Positions 18,748 through 27,065 of a stretch of DNA of 64,000 nt are shown piece by piece (the first letter of the stretch is position 1; every line of letters begins with the position of its first letter). Both the position numbers and the translations under genes were made by a program. The notes under the pieces are model-generated. The model searched no databases and was not told the DNA's origin. It saw only the letters and a program-made list of their open reading frames with translations. This stretch comes from a virus. Taxonomy: Duplodnaviria; Caudoviricetes. The DNA lies in the IMG/VR virus record IMGVR_UViG_3300034349_000079, positions 1-64,000 of that record; one strand, given 5' to 3'.

Positions 18748-19452
18748 TTAAACAACGGTAAATTTACAATGGCCCGAACCACCAGAATCATGACTGCGGT
18801 AAGGACAAAATCCACACCTAAACTGTGATGGAATCGGGCGGTAAAATTTATCTTCCATAATGATGTCTATGCGCGACAAAAAATTTTGTTGTAATCTTGC
18901 TACACTGTTATATCCATAGGTAGGAAGAGGGACAGTGTAGTCATTCTCTGGGAAATGTAAGACTAGTTGCCATTCACCGATTTCTGGGTGCTTTGCGCTT
19001 TGTCCTACCAAAAAAAATTCTAACTCATCTCTGTAGCGCGTTAAACCATAATCTGGATTTGCAAATTTCCAATCAGCGATCAGCACTTTTGTAGGACCTG
19101 TCCACGCACAGTCTATTCTAGAAGATACATAATCTCCTTCGGGTTTGCATGGAATTGGATTAAACCCCGTGTCAAAGAAATCTTGTACTTCAATCTGAAC
19201 TTCTCCTTGTGGTAAGTCATGAAAAAATGCAATCGTATCAGTAATGTATGGAAATTCATCTATTTCATGTTTTAGATAAGCCGCGACATCATTATGTAGT
19301 TGAATTCCTCGTACTCTTCTTGAAGGTTCTTTTTCAGCATTTAATTCCTCTTCAGACTTTGCTATAAGTACTTTTTGAATGTTTTTGAAGAAAAAACTTC
19401 TTGGGCATTGAAAAGTATATGGCGCAATAAATCCATTATAACTTATATGCAT
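18748..19452 (-). CDS. PD-(D/E)xK / Cas4-like exonuclease
   Basis: CPR...RGIQLH, RID...ADWK, C-terminal C-x2-C-x12-C. Confidence 0.8.
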   Translation of the reverse strand: MHISYNGFIAPYTFQCPRSFFFKNIQKVLIAKSEEELNAEKEPSRRVRGIQLHNDVAAYLKHEIDEFPYITDTIAFFHDLPQGEVQIEVQDFFDTGFNPIPCKPEGDYVSSRIDCAWTGPTKVLIADWKFANPDYGLTRYRDELEFFLVGQSAKHPEIGEWQLVLHFPENDYTVPLPTYGYNSVARLQQNFLSRIDIIMEDKFYRPIPSQFRCGFCPYRSHDSGGSGHCKFTVV

Positions 19453-19668
19453 TTAACCTCTTCCTGTGCGGCGTGTCCATACTCCATAGCATGTGAACAT
19501 TCTGTTTTGTGCCTTTTTGGTTTCAGCAACATATAGTTTCTCGTTTTCATTAGCAACGTATTGAGCGGCTATTTTCTCTGCTTCCCAGAAGTCTAAGAGA
19601 CTATGAGGTGACTTCTTGCGCTTATCTAGTTCCGCGAGAATGATCACTAGTGCTTGTTGTAAGTTCAT
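19453..19668 (-). CDS. hypothetical protein (tandem paralog)
   Basis: starts MNLQQALVIILAELDKR, identical to the next ORF. Confidence 0.7.
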   Translation of the reverse strand: MNLQQALVIILAELDKRKKSPHSLLDFWEAEKIAAQYVANENEKLYVAETKKAQNRMFTCYGVWTRRTGRG

Positions 19669-19669
19669 T

Positions 19670-19876
19670 TTAGCCCCCTAGCGTGTGCCGAATCCACGTT
19701 CCATTAACATTTATCAGAGTATTTTTTGATACTCCTATGCTTGTTATTTCTACATTTGAGTTAGTAGCATGATGTTTGGCAATTGCTTTTGCTACTAGAA
19801 ATTCTGCTGGAGTGTGATTAATTTCTCGCTTATCTAGTTCCGCGAGAATGATTACTAGTGCTTGTTGTAGGTTCAT
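19670..19876 (-). CDS. hypothetical protein (tandem paralog)
   Basis: same 17-aa N-terminus. Confidence 0.7.
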   Translation of the reverse strand: MNLQQALVIILAELDKREINHTPAEFLVAKAIAKHHATNSNVEITSIGVSKNTLINVNGTWIRHTLGG

Positions 19877-20172
19877 GCTATAAGATTTTCGAGTTCTGTT
19901 GTTGGTGGATCTGGAAGTGGTGGTATGTCAGCTTCTTCCTTTACATTTGCGGCATACCACTTCTTGGCAAAAGAAAATCGTACTGCGTCTAAATGTTCTG
20001 CAGCATCGTGTCTTTCTTCTAATCTCGCCGCTTGGTATTTATAATAGGCCTCTTGACATGGTAGATTGTGAAATTCTGCTACTACATATGCTTGTTTGTA
20101 TTCTATATTAGGAAAAGAACATGTGTTGTAACTTGAGTTTTTGGACGTAGCAAAAACGAGTTCGATAAGCAA
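19873..20172 (-). CDS. hypothetical protein
   Basis: 99-aa ORF coupled to the next gene. Confidence 0.6.
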   Translation of the reverse strand: MLIELVFATSKNSSYNTCSFPNIEYKQAYVVAEFHNLPCQEAYYKYQAARLEERHDAAEHLDAVRFSFAKKWYAANVKEEADIPPLPDPPTTELENLIA

Positions 20173-20237
20173 CTAAGTAGCTAGCATGATAGTAGGGTTA
20201 GTATTTTGCTTGTTCATTTGTTGTCTCCTTATGAAAG

Positions 20238-20260
20238 CAATTAAGCGCGACAGCGCACTC
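20238..20260. promoter_or_regulatory. ATTAA-GCGC-GACA-GCGC motif (copy 1 of 4; others at 33823, 38575, 41007)
   Basis: near-identical intergenic palindrome upstream of minus-strand genes. Confidence 0.6.
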
Positions 20261-22630
20261 TTATTTTTCCCGAACGTCGCGAACTACTTCGAGTTTCCTT
20301 TCTCTCTGTGCCCAACGTGCTTTGTCTTCATCTCCTGGATGAAATACAAAGTATGTGCCAGCGAAGACGACATTCCCTTCTCTAGCGGTTTTGCCGCGTA
20401 GATCAAGGCCGAATCTTGCCGAAGCCTTTGTGAATTTACCGGGTTTGTCGCTAGCCCAACCGGCCAGAAACTCGAATATGCGGCTTAGCTCTTTGAGAGA
20501 TAAAGCGACTTTTCCGCCACGCATCATTTTTTCGACAATCCCAGTATACATTATGGTCTCCATTGTCGCTGGAACTGGTCCTAGTGGCGGAACATATTCA
20601 GCAAAGAAACCAGCATTACCAGCGTCGAGTGCTTGGACAATATCTTCCGGAAGACTTTGTGTAACTCGCATGATAGCTTCTTTGGCCTTATTAGCCAAAG
20701 GTCTTCTAACTTTGACAACGTCAACAGCATAGCTGTAAAGACCATTGGCAAAATCTTGAAGATTCTGAGGCTGATAGAGGAACCCATGCTCATCATCGAA
20801 TAGTTCATACTCGTCATACACCCAAGGCGCTTCTACTAATGGGATCTCCTGTCTAGGTGCCACATTGAATCGCCTATCTTGAAAGCGAATCTCCACCACG
20901 TTGTGCTCATTACCCGCAATGATCAATCCAAAGTACAACTCGGCATTTTCCCATGCCTTCCGCATTTCTCTCATACCAGATTCGCCATCGATAAGACTCC
21001 GAAGCTTTGGAGTCATCTTGTTAGCATCCCATGAATCCGTGGTTAGCTCATCCAAGAATACTATCTGTGCTTCCTTCAAATGACCATTGAACTTATCCTC
21101 GATGCCCTCTGGTCCAGTAACCACGCAATGGGCCCCAAACAGCATCTTCAGGGTTCGTATGAGTCTTCCCTTGCCTGTGCCATATGTTCCACCGAGGACC
21201 CATGCGGTCTTTGGTCGCTTACCGGTTTGCCAGATGTAACTTAGCCAGTTCAAAAAATAGTATGCCGCTTCCGCATCGTTTCCACAGACATGAAGAATTA
21301 GATCCCAATATGTTGGCGGTATTGGCTGACCATTATTCACAGAGTTTATGCGATACGTAGTAGGTCGATATGTATTGATTGTTTTTGTTTCAGAATTTAC
21401 AATCTCCGTACTCGTTGGAGTAAACGAGACTGACCAGTCTTCGATAACCTCTGGCATTGGCAATCCATGCAGCGTGCACCAATCACTAGCATGTTTTAAA
21501 GTTGGACACGGCTCAACCTTTACGCCGTTTGCTAACTCGAGAGTAATTTTTTGATACTGTCCTGTATCTGCCCTATTTATGAGCCAGCGTTGAACCTTGT
21601 TTACTTCGTTTTTTGGGTTATGCGCCTCAAGTTTAAGAGTTTTAGCTCGGTTCTTCGCAATTCTGTAGTATTCTGTGGCGCATTCCTTAAGTAGAACTGG
21701 CGGTTCTCCGCGGAAGTTATGCAGAATCTCCGGATTAGCTGTTAAATAGTAGTAGCCCCACGAAGCACTTCCATTAATGTTGGTACGCGTAAAAATACCA
21801 TCTGCCTTTTCGCCAGTTACAGATAGCTTATCTGGATTAGCTAATACTTCAATAGACTCAGATTTTACAAACTTTGTCGTGAATTTCCTTTCAACTAGCC
21901 CTTTTGTTTTTCGCAGCTGAAGCAATAACTCCATAGCTTGCGCATCAACCCCACCCGGGATATCTCCCGAGATGGTAGCTTTTCGTCTTGTACCTTTTAC
22001 CAGCGTAATACGCTCGGCCACAGGGTCAGGTCCGCCTGAGATAGTTGGAACTCCAATGTAGATCAACCTACTAAGATCTGCTACGCAAATATCCACGGGT
22101 AGATGCAAAGCCATACCAGTCCTTGTCAAGGATATTTGATTCCTTATCGCTGAGATAGTTAGGTTTTTTGATTTTAACCACAGTTTCAAAGCTTCTGGCG
22201 CGATAGTATTCTCAAGCAGCATGAAAACATGTGCTGACAAACCTGCTTTGATTCCATGACTAGCTGAATACTGAAGAATGTAATCCACAGAACCTAGACC
22301 AAGATCCACTAGAACGTCATCAATTGACTGACGGCCTAGTTCAAATCCATCAAAGTCAATGACTAACCATTCAGTTGTTGATGCTGCGGTAAGTCCCGCC
22401 CGAGATTCTTGTCTAATTGCTCTGGTTAAATTGCCGCGTAGGAGGGCGTGTCCATCAGTTGAGTGCTTAACAAGCACCGTATGAAATTCTTCGATCGTGT
22501 TGATCGATTCATCATGGCTGGTACATGCTGATACTAATGGGTATGGTATAGAACTCCATTCTCCTGGTGCTTTCAGTATTAAGGTTTTTGTTAGTCTTTT
22601 TTCTGCCGACAAGAAAGTCAAACGTATCAT
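20261..22630 (-). CDS. primase-polymerase / SF3 helicase fusion
   Basis: N-terminal VIDFD...SASH...HVFMLL primase motifs; C-terminal GGTYGTGKG Walker A, VFLDE Walker B, GNE, DRRF. Confidence 0.85.
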   Translation of the reverse strand: MIRLTFLSAEKRLTKTLILKAPGEWSSIPYPLVSACTSHDESINTIEEFHTVLVKHSTDGHALLRGNLTRAIRQESRAGLTAASTTEWLVIDFDGFELGRQSIDDVLVDLGLGSVDYILQYSASHGIKAGLSAHVFMLLENTIAPEALKLWLKSKNLTISAIRNQISLTRTGMALHLPVDICVADLSRLIYIGVPTISGGPDPVAERITLVKGTRRKATISGDIPGGVDAQAMELLLQLRKTKGLVERKFTTKFVKSESIEVLANPDKLSVTGEKADGIFTRTNINGSASWGYYYLTANPEILHNFRGEPPVLLKECATEYYRIAKNRAKTLKLEAHNPKNEVNKVQRWLINRADTGQYQKITLELANGVKVEPCPTLKHASDWCTLHGLPMPEVIEDWSVSFTPTSTEIVNSETKTINTYRPTTYRINSVNNGQPIPPTYWDLILHVCGNDAEAAYYFLNWLSYIWQTGKRPKTAWVLGGTYGTGKGRLIRTLKMLFGAHCVVTGPEGIEDKFNGHLKEAQIVFLDELTTDSWDANKMTPKLRSLIDGESGMREMRKAWENAELYFGLIIAGNEHNVVEIRFQDRRFNVAPRQEIPLVEAPWVYDEYELFDDEHGFLYQPQNLQDFANGLYSYAVDVVKVRRPLANKAKEAIMRVTQSLPEDIVQALDAGNAGFFAEYVPPLGPVPATMETIMYTGIVEKMMRGGKVALSLKELSRIFEFLAGWASDKPGKFTKASARFGLDLRGKTAREGNVVFAGTYFVFHPGDEDKARWAQRERKLEVVRDVREK

Positions 22631-22920
22631 ACTAATTTTCCCCTTTTGGAATGATCGTCCGCTTTATACAAAGCAATAGTAAGACCGAAAAAGTATCAGT
22701 CAAAACGGCTGGCATAGTTCTCACCTAGAGCGGGGACGAAGGCTCTATTTTAACACTTTCGAGCCCTGCTTGCCGCTAGATCGTGTAGACTTCCCAGTTT
22801 TTGAGAACCTGTACATGCAAGCGATGGCTCCATCTAGATTACCACCTTCACCATTTAGTCTTTCAGTAAGCTCTCTGTTTATCCACAGGTTTTCTGCCTT
22901 TATGGTTAGACCCTCTTCGG

Positions 22921-23093
22921 ATTTGTAATGTAAAAACTAACTAAACCAGAACCGGGGTTGTTGTTGTTTTTTAGAAAAAAAACTTTAACTTTTGTAGAAA
23001 AACTACCTACAACTCCTTTTCTCTACTAAGAGCAAAAGAATCAATGGCTTACGGGTGTAAGTAAGAATCTTTCTAGATTACACGCTTACACCC
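22921..23093. repeat. ~175-bp AT-rich dispersed repeat, copy 1
   Basis: roughly 85% match by eye to 37776..37950; ends in a GGGTGTAAG...CTTACACCC inverted repeat. Confidence 0.9.
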
Positions 23094-23103
23094 TTGTTTT
23101 TTC

Positions 23104-23376
23104 TTACAGATGTGGATATCGCCACATTAAGAACCATACCAGTTTGAGTGCACCCCACCTCGTCAGCCGTTCTCGGATAAAGAAGTAGGTATCGATCAGA
23201 TATCTTGGATGATTGAGCCTGTAGCATACGCCGGAGATAATCATTTCCGAGAGTCGATCGGCACTATCCTCCATAATTCCTGTCTTTATAAGCTCTTGTT
23301 TTAACCACTCTAAAGCTTCCTTTTTCTTCGCTGACTCGACAGTATGGTTAGGTTTTTTTCGCAGTATTTTCATCAC
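23104..23376 (-). CDS. hypothetical protein
   Basis: 90-aa ORF. Confidence 0.6.
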   Translation of the reverse strand: MMKILRKKPNHTVESAKKKEALEWLKQELIKTGIMEDSADRLSEMIISGVCYRLNHPRYLIDTYFFIRERLTRWGALKLVWFLMWRYPHL

Positions 23377-23822
23377 ATGATCCTGTTTGCAAAGGCGTTG
23401 AGATCGCCGGCGAATTTGTCTGCCGTGATCAGAGGTTGATTACTTTGGGCCTTCCATCGTTTATTTTCTTCGCGAAGATGCTCCAACGCCAGTTCAAACC
23501 CTTTTGCGGTATTTTCCGTGTTGTGGCGCAAGTTTACCAAACGCTTTTTTAGTTCCTCATTCTTCTTTACCTCACGGAAGTACAGGTGTTTGTAGACATT
23601 GTTCACGATGGTCGGTAAAGACCACTGGTGAAATTTCGTGTGGATTTGTACAAAGGACCAGCCTTTGAGATATAGATCCCCCCAGTGGCTAATCGTTTCA
23701 GCATTTGGGCGAGGTTTCTTTTTCACAGTTGGCATGACTTCTTGGCCGCAAGGATTGTCTTGGCTACAAGAACCGCATTCAATAATTACGGTTTGTGTAA
23801 GGCAGTTTGTTTGAACACGCAC
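23373..23822 (-). CDS. hypothetical protein
   Basis: 149-aa ORF with coiled-coil-like C-terminus. Confidence 0.6.
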   Translation of the reverse strand: MRVQTNCLTQTVIIECGSCSQDNPCGQEVMPTVKKKPRPNAETISHWGDLYLKGWSFVQIHTKFHQWSLPTIVNNVYKHLYFREVKKNEELKKRLVNLRHNTENTAKGFELALEHLREENKRWKAQSNQPLITADKFAGDLNAFANRIM

Positions 23823-23847
23823 TATGGTTCTCAGTTTGTTAGTTTGT

Positions 23848-23935
23848 TGGTAGCCGTGACAGGGTTCGAACCTGCAAGCCGTTAAGGCTAGAAGATCTTA
23901 AATCTTCCGTGTACCGCCATTTCCACCACACGGCC
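23848..23935 (-). tRNA. trnL: tRNA-Leu(TAA)
   Basis: GAAGA-TTTAAGA-TCTTC, long variable arm, CCA. Confidence 0.9.
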
Positions 23936-23943
23936 GTTATTTG

Positions 23944-24024
23944 TCTTCGACGAGAGATTCGAACTCTCAAGCCTTACGGCATGGCGTTCTAAGCGCCACG
24001 TGTATACCATTCCACCAGCCGAAG
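23944..24024 (-). tRNA. trnL: tRNA-Leu(TAG)
   Basis: TGGCG-CTTAGAA-CGCCA, long variable arm. Confidence 0.9.
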
Positions 24025-24030
24025 AATTTG

Positions 24031-24101
24031 AAAGCACTCCCAGAATTGAACTGGGTATAACGGATTTGCAATCCGCCGCATTACCGGTTTGCTAAGTGCT
24101 T
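24031..24101 (-). tRNA. trnC: tRNA-Cys(GCA)
   Basis: AAGCACT/AGTGCTT acceptor, GCGGA-TTGCAAA-TCCGT. Confidence 0.9.
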
Positions 24102-24108
24102 ATTACTT

Positions 24109-25005
24109 TCAATGTCCTCTAAACCCTTTCGCTTCTAACGAATATGCGGTAGCATATGATTTAAGACCTTCCGAAGTGCGCTTTGTCTGCATTATCTGGC
24201 TGGTGGCCAAACCTAGTTGAGTGCTCGCTTCGGAGAAAGCGTTGATTCCAACACCAACGTAACCGATATCCCAACCTGCTGCTACTTTTCTAGCGACTAG
24301 TTCCTTGATGGCTTCCTTCGTTGTTTCCTTCGAGGAATTTTCCTCCCCATCGGTCATGATCCTGACCATTACATGGAAGTAGTCTGGGAGGGCCGTAAGC
24401 GCCTTAAAGACGGCATCCAGGAGGGATGTAGATCCGCTAGCATAAACCTGGTTGTTGCTGTACCCGATCGTCAGGGGCTGGACATACTTGAGCTGAACGC
24501 GGTTATATAGCACAGTATAGGCTGCACTAAACGCGATCAATGTAACATAGCACTCACCAGATAGTAGTTTTTGCTCTTCAATGAAGGTGTTAAAGCTGCC
24601 AACGGCGTCGGTTAGTATATTGCCCATTGAACCGGAAATATCCTGAACCCAGATGATATCCGTTAGCAGTGGTCTTGTACCTACTTCAGTCGTTACGCTG
24701 GAGTCATTCTCGTCAATGCGTACATCGTCAACTGATGGGATTAGTTGATCTACAATGACAGGCGGTGGAAGAATTGGTCGGTAGGCTGCACGTAGAACAT
24801 CGTTGATTTCATCGTTGATTTCAATGGTGTTCTTTTGCGGCACCCTCTTAGTGATAGGATTTATCCGTTCTTTATTGAGGAAGTCCTGGAAAAGAAGACC
24901 AGGCGGTGGAGGATCTACCAGCGGATCATCTATGATGATCTCACGGATGTAGGAGTTAGAATTAAGTGGTTGTAGCACTATGTTATCATCCTGTTGTTGT
25001 GGCAC
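24109..25005 (-). CDS. von Willebrand factor A (MIDAS) domain protein
   Basis: DISGSMG, TSLLDA, IMTDGEENSS; low-complexity N-terminal ~115 aa. Confidence 0.85.
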   Translation of the reverse strand: MPQQQDDNIVLQPLNSNSYIREIIIDDPLVDPPPPGLLFQDFLNKERINPITKRVPQKNTIEINDEINDVLRAAYRPILPPPVIVDQLIPSVDDVRIDENDSSVTTEVGTRPLLTDIIWVQDISGSMGNILTDAVGSFNTFIEEQKLLSGECYVTLIAFSAAYTVLYNRVQLKYVQPLTIGYSNNQVYASGSTSLLDAVFKALTALPDYFHVMVRIMTDGEENSSKETTKEAIKELVARKVAAGWDIGYVGVGINAFSEASTQLGLATSQIMQTKRTSEGLKSYATAYSLEAKGFRGH

Positions 25006-25087
25006 AGTGTCTTCGACAAAAGACTGAAGTACTTGCGTTAAGGTTTTGTTGGCAAAACGAAACTAGTTTCTCTTGAAATGCCTATAT

Positions 25088-25387
25088 TTATTGGCTTGAG
25101 TCAGCGGGGTTACCGCCACTCATTATGCCAACTTTGGCTTTACAGCCGAAGTTTATCCAATAGGCGGTGCTACATTCAAGGTTGTCTACTCGTTGTCCAT
25201 TGATGTAGATAGAGCACGATCCCCAACCATTATTGTCAGAGTCATACATCCCTTCCACGACCGAGAGTTGCGGCGTCCTCTTAGTGATAGGATTTATCCG
25301 TTCTTTATTGAAGAAGTCCTGAAAAGTACCACCTACTAGGATCACAGCAGCGAGACCCAGGAGTGCTGGAATGGCATATTCGCGCAT
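25088..25387 (-). CDS. hypothetical protein with N-terminal signal/TM segment
   Basis: hydrophobic N-terminus; shares FQDF.NKERINPITKR.PQ with the vWA gene. Confidence 0.65.
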   Translation of the reverse strand: MREYAIPALLGLAAVILVGGTFQDFFNKERINPITKRTPQLSVVEGMYDSDNNGWGSCSIYINGQRVDNLECSTAYWINFGCKAKVGIMSGGNPADSSQ

Positions 25388-25403
25388 ATTATGGCATCTT
25401 GTT

Positions 25404-25433
25404 AAAAAGAGGCCCGTAGGAGATCCTACGGGC
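25404..25433 (-). terminator. rho-independent terminator
   Basis: GCCCGTAGG-ATCT-CCTACGGGC followed by CTCTTTTT on minus strand. Confidence 0.75.
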
Positions 25434-25442
25434 TAAGGGTGA

Positions 25443-25895
25443 CTACACTACGTAGTCTTCGTAGGTGAGGCCTAGTTTAGTAGCGATCTGCTTCAGAACT
25501 ACTGTCTCAGTGGCGTCTACCTCACCGTCACTGGCGGCGATGTCATATGCAATTAGGAAAACATCTTCACAATCAGCGACAGAATCATCTCCTTCGGCGT
25601 TACGCAAATCGCCGATCTCACGCAGCAACGCGGCTTTACCGGCCATCGGACTCGCTTCGATCTTAGTGGCATAGGCAATCACGATCTTGGAAACGTCGGA
25701 TGCACTAAAGGCACCCTTGATCTTGTTGTGGTTGGCCAGGGTGATTTGGCCATTCTTCAACTCATCTTTGCTGATGCCACCGGAAGCCGCAGCCACTAGG
25801 ATAAAGGCAGCAGCGATGGCTTCGAACACGTCCTTGTTAACTTTCTTGGCCTGGCCAGATTTGAGTTGAGTAGTGAAACGGTCTAGAAGACCCAT
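25443..25895 (-). CDS. terB: TerB-family tellurite-resistance protein
   Basis: LVAAASGGISKDE...IAASDGEVDATETVVLKQIATKLGL; start MGLLDRF. Confidence 0.85.
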   Translation of the reverse strand: MGLLDRFTTQLKSGQAKKVNKDVFEAIAAAFILVAAASGGISKDELKNGQITLANHNKIKGAFSASDVSKIVIAYATKIEASPMAGKAALLREIGDLRNAEGDDSVADCEDVFLIAYDIAASDGEVDATETVVLKQIATKLGLTYEDYVV

Positions 25896-26034
25896 AGTTT
25901 TATGCTCGTGGTTGGTTAAAAGGGGTTGTGCCAGTCTTTCCTGGCTGCCAAGCATGGACTTGTTTAGCCTCGCTACTATGCTGGGCCCAACGAGGAGGTT
26001 ACTTCTCGTAATTAAATGAGACGTAGAACTGGCC

Positions 26035-26365
26035 TTATTTTTCTTCGCGCTTGTTCATACGAAGGATCCTACTACATTACACGGCTTTTTTCTTCGTGTA
26101 ACTAGAAAATCAGACTTCTTTTACTTCGCGCCGATAACTAACGAAGGATCTTAAATTCCCGTCTATTCGGGACAAGCTGAGCATTATTTTACTTCGCGCT
26201 TTGCGTCTACGAAGGTTTTCCGAGGTCAACGGAGGTCATCATGAAACAGCCGCGTCCCAACTTTATTTTACTTCGCGAGGACGCACACGAAGGTTTTTGC
26301 TCGTCTCTCCGAACTTGTCGCGGCACATCATTTATTTACTTCACCGCACCGTTTATGGTGAAGGT
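26035..26365 (-). repeat. tandem array of structured RNA repeats (CCTTCGT-N9-11-CGCGAAG-TAAAATAA)
   Basis: five full and one degenerate unit, 68-81-nt period, compensatory stem change in one unit. Confidence 0.85.
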
Positions 26366-26374
26366 TCTCCAGGA

Positions 26375-27004
26375 TTAGTTTAAGGTACGTGGCGTAGTGT
26401 ATGCTTTTTCTAGGCTCCAACCTAGCTTTAGCCGTGTAGTGATGAGAGTTGAACATCCTCCTAGATCTTTTGCCCAATCTGCTTTGCATTGAGTCTTACC
26501 ATTGAAGGTATAAAATACAGAGTTGGACTTATTTCTAGCTTGCGTAGCATTTGAGGCTCACACACAATTATCCTTTGAATACCCTTTAGAACCATCTAAA
26601 CGTTCTAAGGAATAGCCAGGCGGTCTTTGGCCCATATCGTCACGAAATTTTGTAAAGTCGTCCCATTCCTTGCAAATCGCTATTCCTTTCCCTCCGTAAT
26701 CTAAGTAACTGACATTCTTGGGATTAGAACAACGCTGGCGCATGTTTAACCAAGTACTGTATAACTGTCCTTTAGCCCCTCGTCTTGCTTCTCCATGTGT
26801 ACAATTTTGTTTCGCTAGTTCAGTTTTTAGACAACCACAACTTTTTGTATTTCCAGTTACAAGCTGTGTTCCAGTTGTCTCAAACTCTTTTCCACAAACA
26901 CAAACACACTTCCAGCGTGACCTGCCGTTCTTCGAATTTGGCCCTCGGTTTAAAACGGTTAATCGATCAAAAGCTCTACCGGTAAGTTCTAAGGGCCTAG
27001 TCAT
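26375..27004 (-). pseudogene. HNH endonuclease interrupted by in-frame TGA at 26558-26560
   Basis: KDNCV*ASNATQARN aligns with KDNCCWATKIVQQRN of 13419..14075; frame continues 60 codons to TAA. Confidence 0.8.
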
Positions 27005-27065
27005 ATTTATCTCCCAAAAAGAGCATTTTAACATGCCTAGGCCCTTAGTGCACGGTTCCTCGCAG

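Noticed and set aside
26035-26365. CRISPR array interpretation
   Set aside because: The variable sequence is inside each repeat, the repeats are not identical, and there are no cas genes. The Cas4-like nuclease at 18748 is a typical phage exonuclease.
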